64,000 nucleotides of DNA from Balanoglossus misakiensis (Eukaryota > Animalia > Hemichordata): positions 3,829,319 to 3,893,318 of the forward strand of contig CM082594.2 in assembly GCA_040954595.2 (NCBI GenBank), read 5' to 3'. The translations under genes were made by a program, and so were the position numbers. How positions within the stretch are numbered: the stretch's first letter is position 1; every line of letters starts with the position of its first letter. This document shows, one piece after another, positions 22,766 through 36,400 of this stretch. The notes under the pieces were generated by a model. It made no database searches. It saw nothing but the letters and a program-made list of their open reading frames with translations, and was not told the DNA's origin.

Positions 22766-25568
22766 ATTTTAATAGAAAATGTCACTGTCCATCACTTCCA
22801 TTTTTTTCTAAATACTTATGACATTTCATTTTAGAGATAAGTACCCGTCCGTCTTATCTAATAGACAAATCTTAATGCAATTTTTGTCGTTAATTTGAGT
22901 TTCCATCACTCTCGAGGGATAACTGCAAAGCGTGGGGAGAAATGTTTGCCGCAATATTGTTTCCGATTCACTTATTGTGTTAATTGAACTGATAACTCCA
23001 AAGTAATTATCCCACTCAAATTCCATACAGATGGCACGAGTGAACAATCTATGGGGGCGTTTAATGCTGCTTCCCACACTGGGACTGGCTAAGGTTTGGC
23101 GTTGTCCCACAAGAATATTCGCTGGAGAGTCTTGCTAACTCAAACTTATCTTAGCATGACTGATGTCAGAAATGGAACTTTGCGGGTAAAATACTTAATG
23201 AAGGTATGTTTATCTGAAAGATCTGTGAACAGCTCTTGCGCTTTTACCCGCGATAGAACTGACATCAAAGTGGAACTTTAGTTTAACTATCTCTGTGTAT
23301 TGGCGGTCAAGTTTTTGTTTTAATCAACTTTTACTCAAGGAAAACTTGTACGCACTGCTCATGTAATAAGATCATTACCACATGAAGGCCACCAGAGAGT
23401 AGAGGAAAGAGATTTCAATCCGGATTTCAAGGTTAACTTGTAATAAACTGATGAAGTGAAGTGATAAGAGGAACTTGAACGAAAAGTGACTATTCCAAGG
23501 AAATTGCAAACTATAATTAGAAGACTTACATCGCCAAAAACGTATGCTCTCAATCTTTCTGTGCCAACTGGGAATGGCCGGTTGACCAATGTCTTTAATT
23601 AATGTTACAATGCCTTGACTTCCACTAGGACCTTGAGCACTACCTTGAATAGATCTCCAGTCTAGTCCGAGTGTGTTTGATCTGTCAAAGAACTGCACTG
23701 AAGCATCACTTCAGTGTTTATTAATTCCATGGTACTATGGAGTTAGAATGTAGCAGTGCCCTAGCGAGTTGATCTGGGCAAGATTTCTGGGCTTACCGAA
23801 GACCACCTAACTGACCTGGCAAAAATTCAACTGAACGTTATTTGAATACAACATATACATATAATTCTCACATGTCGCGCAAATATAAACGAACTTCATA
23901 GTAATATCGATTGACTTAAACAGAAAGAGCAATCTCTTTATTCCTACAGTTTGTCGCCATGGTGGCGGAAGGTCGGGTTAGCTCGTACTTTTGGTTGATA
24001 TATGGTCGAAATGTTTCTAGGTGAACTGCCGACATGTATATTGCCACAAATCTTGACAGGAGATGATTGTTACTTGATTAGATGCACTCGAGAACTTGAA
24101 ATAGCATCAGTCTGTCAATTCAGATCGTGCGAATTAAGCACCGAAGCCAGTCTGATCGTATTATCGGTGATAATACACTTTTGATTAATAGATTAGTGTC
24201 GATTCCTCGATTTACGACATGCAGTATCGTTTGGAAACACGGTGGCAGGGTTTGCTACATTGCAAAAATGAAATTATCTAACACAACACAAAAAATAAGT
24301 GTTTTTTTTTACTTTCATCGCGTGTGACAGAACTAGCGAAGCGTCGACTTCACGTCTGGCACTATCCGTTGATAGTTTATACACCAAGTTTGTATACTCA
24401 ATTTTGTGTTTGTTTAAAATCGTAAGATGATTCGTGTTAAATAGATGACACATTCAATTTGATAGTTCACGAAATCTCAAGGCGTCGGGCGTGTAATATT
24501 CGCTCTAAATCACAGAAGCGCCATCACGTCTGCTACTACGCGCGTAGTGGGTGTGCTCTGCAAATTAGGGCGTCGAAAACGGACCACGTCGCTCGATGCC
24601 GCACTTACACAGGCTACTTGGAGGTGAAGGTCCTAATTTGAGAGATGTGATTTTGGTACTTGGAGCCAATATCGGTGGTTCAAAACCCTGTACTTTATTT
24701 CCCTGTATAATCATAGTCATTACATGTTACATCCAGCAGTAATTTCCCCAGGCACATATACTTCTTAAGTAGATTTACTAGTCTGGTAGCGTTGAGGGAA
24801 CTTGTTCGCCACGTGTCTGGTGTTAGTGGTTGTTGCCGATGGCGTCTCTCCGCGTTACACTCGATGCTAAGTCCGAGCCAGAACACAACATATAATTGCA
24901 ATACACTGCTTGTCGGGTTTTCTTTTTCTTTCCTGAGAGTCGATAGAGTACAAGGTGTCTAGTGTGTGTAATTAATTTTTCGTCCCCTTTGCAGTTAAGC
25001 GTAATCCCTCCACGTGCATTAGCCGACCGATCGAATGTATTGGATGATACACACCGTCTCCTCTTGTGTTTCCAAGGTGAATTTTTACTGAAGATGCACA
25101 CATGGACATGCAGCAGCGACTGTGTCACTTTATCTCACCACCTTTGCTTTCAGTATGACCCCGAGGTCGCAGCTTTTCGCAACTTTGTCGACCCCCCGGG
25201 GAGAGAGAACTGATAAGCCCTTGAATACTCAACGGACACGGCACCATGATTAATTGCCGTTCGCTGCTCTTTACATTAGGAATAGGAAGACAGGCAACTA
25301 GAATAATGACTTTTCATTTAGCGCTAAACGGCCGCGCATTAAGAGGTTAAATAAGTCGGCGACACTAAAATTGAGACCCACACCAGGCAATGATCGCAAA
25401 AATAGCCACAGAGAGACTCTTAAACCACTGTCTGTTAACCTCCTTTGCCAGCACCATCTAATCTATGACAAAGTCACATTGCTGGAAATAACTGACGGTC
25501 TAGGTCAGTCTCATTCCAACGGAAACGATATTTTGTATCACGGCAAGAAGTAAAAACACATAACGAGA

Positions 25569-25900
25569 TGTGCTAGGGGGTCAAATCACATTATAATTAT
25601 TGCATTCTGGGTAAAAGGTCGACAACTCACTTTAGTAAGACATCGAAGAAATAATATGTTAACTGCATTTCATGACTTCCTTTGATCTAAAATCGTAGTA
25701 AACTTACTAGTATTCAACTTTTTTTTCAAATTTTGTTATTGTTTCTGTTACAAAGTTTCAATATGACCCAGTTTCACTTTAGTTTATGAACTTCCTGTTC
25801 TTGAACATGGCAAAAATCGGCCATCTTGTTATTGTGTCGACCATATGAGATTTTTATCACTCACCTAGGTAGCAAAAACCTATTTAAGGTATGGAGAATT
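25569..25900. repeat. Dispersed repeat copy 2 (about 330 bp), same orientation
   Basis: Colinear with 22447-22765. Confidence 0.85.
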
Positions 25901-26721
25901 GACATAACTGCCATGGCAATACAGAGGTCTCACCAATGGTGCAGACATACTATACCCACACTGTTTGTGACAAACTAAGACAAGTTGGGGGATAGTTTAA
26001 TAAACCAGTCACACGGCAACTGCAAATATCCGCTAAGTGGCTTAGTTTATATGGTACCTCCCAGGGTATACGGCAATAGATCTGAGCTGCAGAGACCTTT
26101 TGGGCAAGTGTAGTCCTTCGCCGTTTTCTGTGTGATACTATACATAAGGTGGCGGTATCTTTGAAGATTGCATCGTGTGCAGGGGAAACTGTTACCGATG
26201 AAAGATCGACAAAGAGAATTAAACTTTTCGGCTGATATCACCTCAAGAAAAACACAACATAGCTTTCTGAACAACACAGAAAGATGCAAAACGGTCCTTT
26301 CGGTGATGGTTACAAAGATATTCTCCCCACGAACATCTGTCTGAATTGCCATCGTCTGTGTCCAAAGAGAGATCTTGTAAACAATAATTAACAGTCGCTT
26401 CCAGCGCAAAGCGTCACTAAATTCCAATTGAATGCAGCCATCTCGGAATCAAAACAGCTTCACAGATCGGAGCATTGATCGCTGTGGATTAGTGTACAGA
26501 GGACTTCACAAGTTTTAAAGCGTTTTCGCTCAAGAAAAGTGAGTTTATTGATTTATCGGGCGTGCAATGCCTCGTTAATGTCATATCTGAAAGCGCTGCA
26601 CTTTCGATTGTTGCTCATTAGTCCTATCAGGGCGAGACGTTACATGTTACAAGGAATACATAACGTCGACAGGCGACGGCTTTGGATTGGAATATGGGCG
26701 ACACCTCCCGCCACATCACCA

Positions 26722-27012
26722 TAAGGCCAATAAAAATATATGCTGTTCCGAGTACAGGTTTTTCAAAATTAGGGTAGGTATGCAGACAGGGAATTTTTTT
26801 TATTTTGCATGTTTTATATCTTTGGCCGCCGTAATGTAGAAGAATGACGTCATAGTTCATGCGTGATTCTCGCAATTTGCATACATTTTGTATATTTGCC
26901 ATCGTTATTCTTACTTGCGGTTTACGAAGCTCTAAAAAGTTTAGGGTCGGCGGGCTAAAATTAGGGTAGGTCGGGTAATCGGAACAGCACATATTTTTTT
27001 TATTTGGCCTGA
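26722..27012. mobile_element. About 290-bp MITE with terminal inverted repeats of about 30 bp
   Basis: TAAGGCCAATAAAAATATATGCTGTTCCGA versus TCGGAACAGCACATATTTTTTTTATTTGGCCTGA; internal AAAATTAGGGTAGG subrepeats. Confidence 0.75.
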
Positions 27013-27450
27013 CGGGAAGAAGCCACACCGTAGTGTTGCAAACGACATGCAAGCCTGAAAGTAACGCGCGCATATGAAAATTGCCGACATTCAGAAAGGG
27101 GTCTCACAATTACCATCACATCATACCCAGTGCAGCGTGATGATTCACACTTAATATAAATAACTGAAGAATTCTGTCACGTGAAAACATCTATCTGACA
27201 CGAACACTGTAGAAGGCATTCGCGTTATCTTGCTGGCCGTTGTCATGAGAATATTAACCAAGTATTAAATAATCCCCGACGGGAAACTCGATTCGGTAAT
27301 TTTTTTATTTCATATATATCGCATGTGGCATCATGAAAAGGATCCGATTTTCTTTTCGCTGATGACATTTAACCACTTCTTGTCGCCTTGACAACAAAAT
27401 ATCGCATTTTTATTATTTTGTTGAGGTTTGTCTACCAGTGTTCAATTTCC

Positions 27451-27628
27451 ATGTATGTATGTATGTATGTATGTATGTATGTATGTATGTATGTATGTAT
27501 GTATGTATGTATGTATGTATGTATGTATGTATGTATGTATGTATGTATGTATGTATGCATGTATGCATGTATGTATGTATGTATGTATGTATGTATGTAT
27601 GTATGTATGTATGTATGTATGTATGTAT
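27451..27628. repeat. (ATGT)n microsatellite
   Basis: Directly visible; source of the spurious MYVC/HTYI ORFs. Confidence 0.97.
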
Positions 27629-30600
27629 CGTAAAATACCACTAGTATTAAATACATGGCAACTATTGATGTGCACATCCAAGAAATTCTACTTTAACCAA
27701 TGTTTGTGGGTTAAATACTCAGTATATAAGACCCATCGCTCAAAAATCGCACTTCTGATCACCAAATTCGCAATAAGTGTACTGTCGACATATAATGTGC
27801 ATGTGTGTGGTATCAATGATCCTGGCTCTACGCCGCACGCTGAAGTGCATTATGCCATGAAATGATACAATAATAGATGTTTTTAAGACACTGCGATGCA
27901 TGGCAAGTGAACTCCAATTATTCAAACGTTGTACATGCATGGCAAAAGCATTTGCAGCTTCGATTCCGACAGATACCGAGAGGGGTCGTGAAGGTCACCA
28001 GAAAGATAAACGCCTCTTGAAGTGCCATTTGAAGATGCGGAGATGACTTAGTAAGACCGGAGAATGTCACGACAGTTGAAGAATTCCGCAAGTTTTTACC
28101 GACATTTCAAAACGGATATCAATTTCATAAGTATAATATCGTGACAGTATCCTTAAAACAATGCAAATAGATTAAAGTGGTCAGTAGGTTTCATTAACTG
28201 TGGCATTCCTGGCATTTATCTCATCTGGAAATAAAGATCACTAGTCAAGATAGGCTTCCAGCTTTCATCGACGAATTGCTGTGGTAAGAATAAAGAAAAT
28301 CTTGAAATGACACCAATGCTTAGATTATAGTAGCTAGGGTTGTTATTTCAAGTTCTATTTAAGAGTCCGCAGCTATTATATATGTATAATATTATATATT
28401 AGCTATTACTCCAAAACAATCACAACACGGTTCTGGCAGAGTTTGGTCGACTTTTAGGGAAACCGACGAATGCAAAAGCCACGTTCAATGTTTCTGTAAA
28501 GGTTCAAAGTATCGTGAAAGACCTGTATACCGCGGGATAGCTATTGGAGCGCATTTGCTCTACAATTATGAGTAACTCCTACAAGACAGTGTTCCACTTT
28601 CCCTCGCTTCTTAAAAGGGTTTTATTTAACTGCTCTCGTGGGGGCTTTTTTGCATATTCTACCGTGTAATAGGCCTTGGGTATACGTGCAATGCCGCACG
28701 CCAATGCGTTTGAGACTCGTTTAGCCGGAAATACACTTTTCGTGTTCGGTGCATTATCATTCCATGTGTATAATCTTCAGAGTCACAAGGTCAAGACAAG
28801 TAGACTCTTATTATCAGAATTCCATGGCAACACAAATGCCTTTGTTTGTTATAGAGTTTAAGTGTTTGCCGTCAAAAGTGGCATAATTGTTACGGCTTTT
28901 ATTTCAATTTTTTGCGATCAATACTATAAGAAAGGATTTCCAGACGCCGTCCACGCATCGATGAGACACGGATATTGCCGCAGGGTTTCGCTTTAAACGC
29001 CCGTGAATTCGGCTCATCGATACGAATAATGACGTATTTAATGTCGGATGTGTTTGGGCATCTGTTTACTAACCTTTTGAACTTTCTCTGTTGCTGTTAG
29101 CTACAACGGAGACCGTGTGTAAGTTAAATTAATACTATAGTATGAGCACTGAACGCTTTCCACACTGCTATAAGTGATAGGTAATTGTTAAGGTAGCGTG
29201 CACTTTATATTTCAACACATAAAACGTGTGCTGAATTTAATCAGTATACTCTTTAAACGGCCCCTTGAATCATGGGATACAATTTTGAGTGATCAGAAGT
29301 CAGTATTCGTTCGTCGAAAATTACCCATTTGCGAACTTTAAAAGTTTTGCAAACCTCGCTGTGCGAGACCTGGTTTATACGAACAAATCATCTTAAATTG
29401 AATATTGTACAGGGAAAATGTACCCCAAATTATTGATGTTTATGCAAATGAGTGAAGAACCGTTTTACTTGTTTTGGTTTCGACGATAACAAAGTTGGCT
29501 ATAGCAAAAGAAGACACATCATAGATCTTGATGTTTCCGATATCAGAAAATGTTTCCGAATGCCATTTTACTTCACGTTTAGTGGCCACGACTCCCTCGC
29601 CTTCACCGAACTGAACACAGACTGAAGAAGAGTAGGAATTGAGTTTAAACCTGTGTCTCTGAACACAATTAACGGGGAAGGGAAACAGCTTAGAAATTTG
29701 CTCTGCCAATTAGGGGTAACACCACTCGACACAGGAGGGATCACGCAATGTGACATCAAGATTGTGGGTAATGTTGTCAAGATTAGCCGTCTACCGACTG
29801 TTTGGAGTCGCAGCAATTCGATGTGCTGCCGGGGTTTTTTATTACTCCGGGGAGTCTAAATAAATGTATTTGAGATTCAGCGAAAGCGACGGGCAAGCTG
29901 ACAGTCAAACCTGCAGGCTAATGACATTAGAAACAACCCTTGAGTCTCGGTCATTGTCCTCCAATTACACCTCTAGTTGCTGTTCCTGGTAGCAAAGCTT
30001 ATAGAAGACAGAAGGCTAGCAAGTGGTGTATGTTAACTTGTTTTTGTTTAAAAAATTAATATTAATATACAAGAAGTTTATCTTCACCATTCACGACGCT
30101 CGGTGCTTTAGCCAACGACAGTCATGAATGGAATGGTGCAAACCTGGCCCCTTTCTTGAGTGTAGCGTCAGCACGAATCACGGAACCATACTACAGGTTT
30201 GAATTTCGCGTTGTGAATAAAAAGTTTACGGATAGCAACGTGAACAAAAATATTTAAGAAATGCACGCAGATGACCTTAGTTTGGAAACCGGTAAGAGGC
30301 GTGATACATAAACATTACGCTGATATGCCCGCGCTTTTTCTCCATAATCTCTGGCATCTTCATCTTCAAGACCAATATAGAACAACGAAGGTAATGAATT
30401 GGAAAAGATTTATGCACCTCGAAACGCGCTTGAAGGGATGATGAAAATACATACATGTATTTCATTTGGCCAAAGTCGGATACAAAAGGTACTCAGTTGT
30501 CTCCCGGGCTATTTCTTAACTACGCGTACGCCAATTTCGCGCTATTCTCTAAGGAAGCTTGCATTGAGAAACTAATCGACCAACTCATTGCATGACGGTC

Positions 30601-33250
30601 ATGGCGAATTTTGATGAACTATTTTCTGATTTAAACAGGATAGCCGTGATGTTGAGTGCACTAGCGGGCCTCTGTGCGTTATCACTAAGTGCCGTTTAAT
30701 GTATTTTTCTACCCTGTGCCAATGCTGTGTGATGAAATGAATGCCATGATTGAGAATGGTCGTCAACCCATTCAATAATGACAATTAAATACAATTGTTG
30801 TTCATATACTTTGTCAATATTTGTCGTTTTAGTCAAATACCCCCACGACTTTGTCCAACGTAATTAATTTACCCTAATTACAATACCAGTGGGAAAATAT
30901 AACAGATATGTTCAATGCGGGACAAAGTCATGTGTGACACTCGCTAAACAATTCTCTTCCCGAAAATGATTTCTGTGGGATCTTCTACAGATTCAGTCTC
31001 TTGTATACTACTGTATGTTACTTGCAAATCTTCGAAGCAAGCACATCTTCTAAAATACACACCAATGCGGAATCAATTGCCCTCGGATACAAAGTTTCTG
31101 TGTCAGATGCCATCATTCAGTGCAGTTGGAATGAGCTAGAGTCAAACATAGCACTTCAGTCGATTAGAAATGGATCGTGAGTTAATATCAATATAAGTCA
31201 ATTAATTCCCAATTTAGTAATACTTTCAATTTCATCAAGCGAAATAGTATTGTTAGTGTCATTACCTTTGGGAAACGCATTCACTCCTGTCAAATCAAAT
31301 ATAGACTATTTTTAATAAATGGGGAAAGTAATTGCTCTGGGTGTTTTCCTCTGTGTTTATCACGAACTTTAAATTAATTCAAAATATTTAACCCGTGGTT
31401 GCTCTACTTGAAGAAATGCTTCTCAGTGAGTCGCTCTTCGGGGGCGAAGGCGATGATTGGAATTATTGATGAACCTGTAAATAAATTGGGTGCTTTGTCG
31501 AAGTTTACAAGGGCCTGGAGTTCGAGAAAACAATGGCAAGTTATGATCTAACGTGTTCTGGCATCTGGCCGTTTTTTCTGTGTCAGTTCGAGATCGTTCA
31601 GACTCTTACCTAGAGTTGTTTTTGCGATTTGATGCAATGATTTGAGTCAAATGAAAATAGCTTTTGTAATCACATTCGTGGCCAGAGAATTTCATTCGCG
31701 AACACTCAGAATCGGATTAATAAATTAACATATTTCTGTTTTATTACGACAATAAGAACAACATCAACAAAAAAATACAGCCATATGTGGCGCGGATACT
31801 GTTTGCCCTGCCTGACTGCCTGTCGCCTGCTTAGTTTTTCATAGTTGACTTATCAGAAATAATTATACGTTGAATTAATGTCAATTTGTAAAAACTGACA
31901 GTGCTTTTGATATCTTTGGACTTTCATTAAGAGTTTTACGGCATCCATTAAATACAATGGATCGGTGTTTTAACCACTACAATACACCGGAGGCAGTTAA
32001 AATACTCGACTTTTGTACGGTGAGATGCAAAGTGGTGCGCACGAACGCTCGATCCGACTCAGCTATATTCATTTAGTACAAGACGTTGACTACTGTTACA
32101 TGCAGTCGGCAAGTCTGCATCCGCCGTTCTGAAACCATCGAAAGAATTCAAGCATGCTTGTTCGGTTAGCCTGTTTCTGTGCTAGTCAAAATATGGACAC
32201 GTTCAAAAAGTTCAATAACCCAGCAATGCTTCGTGTCACCTTCTGTTACGGCTTTTTTATTCGCCGTACATAAAGAGCCTAGAAACCTATTAAGGTAAAC
32301 ACGGCTTTGCATAGATGATTTTTTTCAAGGCACGAAAACCCATATTAGGCTGGCTACAAACTCGGTTGCGGTAGTTTTTTAATATTCGGTGGCAAAAAAG
32401 GTCGGTCGGATAATGAGAGACGGGCATACAGCATTGGTAAACATGAGTTACTAAATATAATTCTCAGTGATTCTACAGAAATAAATAAGAGTATAAAACC
32501 CTTCGGAAAAGAGAATATCTGGCTCTTAGTTTGTAGCAGGCTAATGAGATTTTTTAAGTATTTGAGTGTCCTTCTATCAAAAGAGTCTGTATTTCTTCCA
32601 TTTCTTTCCAAATGAAGAGTAAAACTTGAAACCGGGGTCACATTTTACCCCTTCACGTCAAAGACTGATCTCCTTTGTGTCAATATTTTATATCGCAAAT
32701 GCCTACAAAACCTTGTGTCTCCGTGCCACTTGATTCCTCGGAATTCCCCTGATGGGTTTAGACTGGACATAGTGAGTGTCTCTCGATTCAACCGAACGCA
32801 TGGTTGCTATTTTACTCACAGGGGAATACACCACTATTACTCTCATAATTTATCTTTCCGGGCCATTGACCGTGGCTACAAGTGATTCAAGCTATCGGTG
32901 GGAAGGCTGATGCGACGTTTATCGTGATCTAGATAATCTCGCTGATCTGTCGTTGCACGATTCATCAAAACGCCCGGCGACATTCACGTAATCATATGCT
33001 AAAGACTTAGACGGAATTTCTACTTCAGGGGGGGGGGGCTATATAAGGGTGACACAAACGTTAAATTCACACGCCAACACAACTTTTCAGGAAAAAAAAT
33101 TACTGACTTTTTTCTTCGAAACAACCTGATAGACAATGTTAGAATATGCCCCATGAAAGAGATTGTGATTGAAAAAACTGAATTTTACATTCGGTGTCAT
33201 GGGCACTTTAATGCAAGTTTCGGGGACGGCTAACTACAGTTTCTGCCCGG

Positions 33251-33464
33251 TGACGTAATGGCGGGACACTTGCCGACGGGAAAAATGGTTCACGTTACGT
33301 CAGTGGAAGCCGCGTCGCATCAAACGGAGAGTAAAGCGATAGTTCACTGACGTAATCACGCAGGATTAATTGCTAACGAAAGGAAAACGTTCGCTTTGAA
33401 CAGTCACTCGCCGGGCAAAGAATACTTCACGTGAACGAACGCCTTCAGAAAATTGAATGCAAAT
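33251..33464. promoter_or_regulatory. Candidate intronic enhancer: three TGACGTAA bZIP sites, an E-box and an octamer
   Basis: TGACGTAA at 33251 and 33348, TTACGTCA at 33295, TTCACGTGAA at 33426, ATGCAAAT at 33457; CpG-rich context. Confidence 0.4.
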
Positions 33465-36400
33465 GAGAAGTTAGATCTACCTGGCGAGATAGCATTACAC
33501 GGAGCTGAGGTGTGGGTTGCTGGCACGGGCCGTGATTACCGCCGCCGGCGCAAAATTGAAGTTCGGAGACCATTTTCCCCCTCCAATTATACAGTGACAA
33601 TTATCCCGAAATAACTGCTGGGCTATAATTAAAACCGGGCCACTTGATGAAGTTTTCATTGAATGGTTAATTTAGACATCATGTTACCGCCGTTACTATA
33701 CCTGCACCATTAGACTGTAGGCAACAGGCGATGCCCCGAGATCAGAACCGACTGCATAAAAAATGGCGGCTGAAAATAAGGTCAGGTATGACAGCGGGAT
33801 ACCAGACAAGACACAGGGCCTCTAACAGAAAACCAAAGCTCGCAGGGATTAATTGGGGTGACAGAAAACCCGAGGGCATCATTGGACAACCCATGAATTA
33901 GCATCTACTCCATAAATTCTCGTGATGGATACCCCGTACAATGTTACAGCGATAAGCGTCTCCGACAAATGTGATTTGTCACGTGATGGACGTCGGGAGA
34001 TGTACCACTTGAGTATGGATGCTACTGTATTGGGATAGAAGGGAAATTATTTTATTCTCTCAATGGACCCACTGATAGCAAAACCAATGTGTATGAATCA
34101 CTGATTTACTCTTGGGAAGCGACCAATTGTATTAACTCGATATGTCTGGTATAAACACACAGTCTATAGTGTCTGCCGAGTTTAACACAAAATGCGATAA
34201 AACCGCACACATCATGACGGATAGACTGCCTTCCTTTGTCAACCACATCCAACTAATGCATCGTAAGCTGTTGGATAATAATTTTTTCATGACATTTCTC
34301 GATATGAAGGCAATATCAGTGCGTTACATGCAACAGAAACATGTTGACGATTTTCAGTCCCGTTAACCACGTGCACGTGATGTTGTCACCGGTTACCAAG
34401 GTAATCGGTTGTGCGAAATCGGAGATCGACACGTCGTTTTTGAATCAGAACGAAAAGGGCACGGTGGTCATTTAAATGACTTGAAAAAAAAAGAATTAAG
34501 TTTGGTAAAGTTTATTGGTGACATCCCCACGTCATCTGTACTAGTTCTGTAAGAATTGGAATTGCTATTCTTATTGTGACGTCTGGCGAATTCAGCTGAA
34601 CGGCGGCCATATTGTAGAAGATACGACAGTTGACGTTACCTGACAAGCTCTTGTATACCTGCGATTTGCTATCCCAAAGACATATCACTTGATCTGTCAA
34701 CTCACGAAAATAGTCTGCTTGCTGAGTGTAAGTAGTTCTCAGGGGCGTCTGTTGTTATATATTTCCATTACGATCGACAAGTCTTTCTGAACACGTAGCT
34801 TACTAAAACCGCCACAGTCAACGCCGTCGTCAATGACACAGTCCCCGTGTCGAGGCTGATTATTATCAAAAATTGCCTGGAGTACCAGGTGTTTGCTGTG
34901 GACACGCACATTTATTTTAATACACTGACAGAAGAGCATTAAAACTTGATAAGACATTCACGTAATCATATGCCAAAGACGGTATTTCAACTTATATACG
35001 GACGACACTTCTCGTATAAACGTTAAACTCATGCACCAACACGACTTTGCAGAACAAACTGGCTGCAAGGACTTTGGTATGCAGGCGGTGGACACAGCAT
35101 ATTTCATTGCACTGCCGGGGGCGTATAATGGTCAGGAAATCCTGCGTTGTTACACCATGGCCCGGGTCAACTCGGGCTACAAAGTTCATCCATTAACAAG
35201 ATTGCAAATTTGAAACAATATAACCTAAGCCACGCGTCTGGATTAGCCCAGTAAGTGATCATGTTTTGTGACACCTTGCGAATTCTCCAAATTCCTGTCC
35301 ACACACGCGCAGTTGTTGTGGTGCGACGAAGGACTGGCAATTGGCCGTGACTTGTGAAAGAATTGCACGTGAAAACCGAAATGTAAATCATTGCGGTTTT
35401 TATTCTTTATTGAATTTCCGATAAACTTGTTTTCACAGATTCAATTTGTCACAAGATGGCTGACGCAGATGCGACAGCCCAACAAGGCCGACAAGAGTTC
35501 ATCTTATACGTCACAGTTTTTTTTTTTTACGTCGGTGGCAGAAGTACAGACATGCATTGACTTTTCGAGTGTGCTACTTGAAAGAACGCTATACTTTCAA
35601 CCGAACACACCACTCGGGCTTGTTTCCGTGAAAGGCTAAACCACGTGCATTTCCCTTTACTTTAATAATCCTTTAAGTGGGTCTCCGCTTTCCCTCACAT
35701 CTCCTCTTGCAAGACGGATATAATCCCGAGCCATTTCGCAGATCGCCACGGACCTGTAGGCACATATAGCCGGTAAAAGTGATTTAAATTTTAAGCATAT
35801 ATATAAAAACCAAATTTAAGTACGCTCGACTTCACACGCCAGAAATTCTTATAATCTCTGTCATTATATTCTGGCTTTGTGGCGAACGAGATGCTTAAGT
35901 GCATACGCAACTGCAATGGAAGTCTATGTGTCTTGTTTCCAGGGACGAAGCGAGGCCAGATCTGACGCACACAACGCATACTCTTACAGATGTGGCTACA
36001 ATGTGAATTCTTCCGTGATATAATTTTTAGCGTTGCCACGATAATATTAATACAGATGTCCCAAGGCATGCGAGAGTGCGGCTGTCAGCGAACATGTATA
36101 TGAGGAAGAAAAACCATCTATCTTCTCACACGAACAAACACACGTTCAAACAGTGTCCAAAATGGCGACTTTCTGCAATATCCCGGATGAGACGACACAC
36201 GGACACATGGAAGTGTACGGAATCAAGGAACACTTGATTGATGACTCATGTTCACGACTGCATTTCAGTTCATTTCTGGTTTTCACTAGTTCTGTTTGAA
36301 TTGAGTGGATCTGACACGTGAGAGGAAATGTGTGTGTAAAGTGAGAAATTAAAGTCATATTACATTTTATCGTGTCTAGTTCAAATTCGACAACATTTGC

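Noticed and set aside
26047-26427. 126-aa minus-strand ORF in the giant intron
   Set aside because: Non-ATG start and no recognisable motif in the minus-strand frames examined
27388-27865. MYVC/HTYI repeat ORFs
   Set aside because: Translations of the (ATGT)n microsatellite
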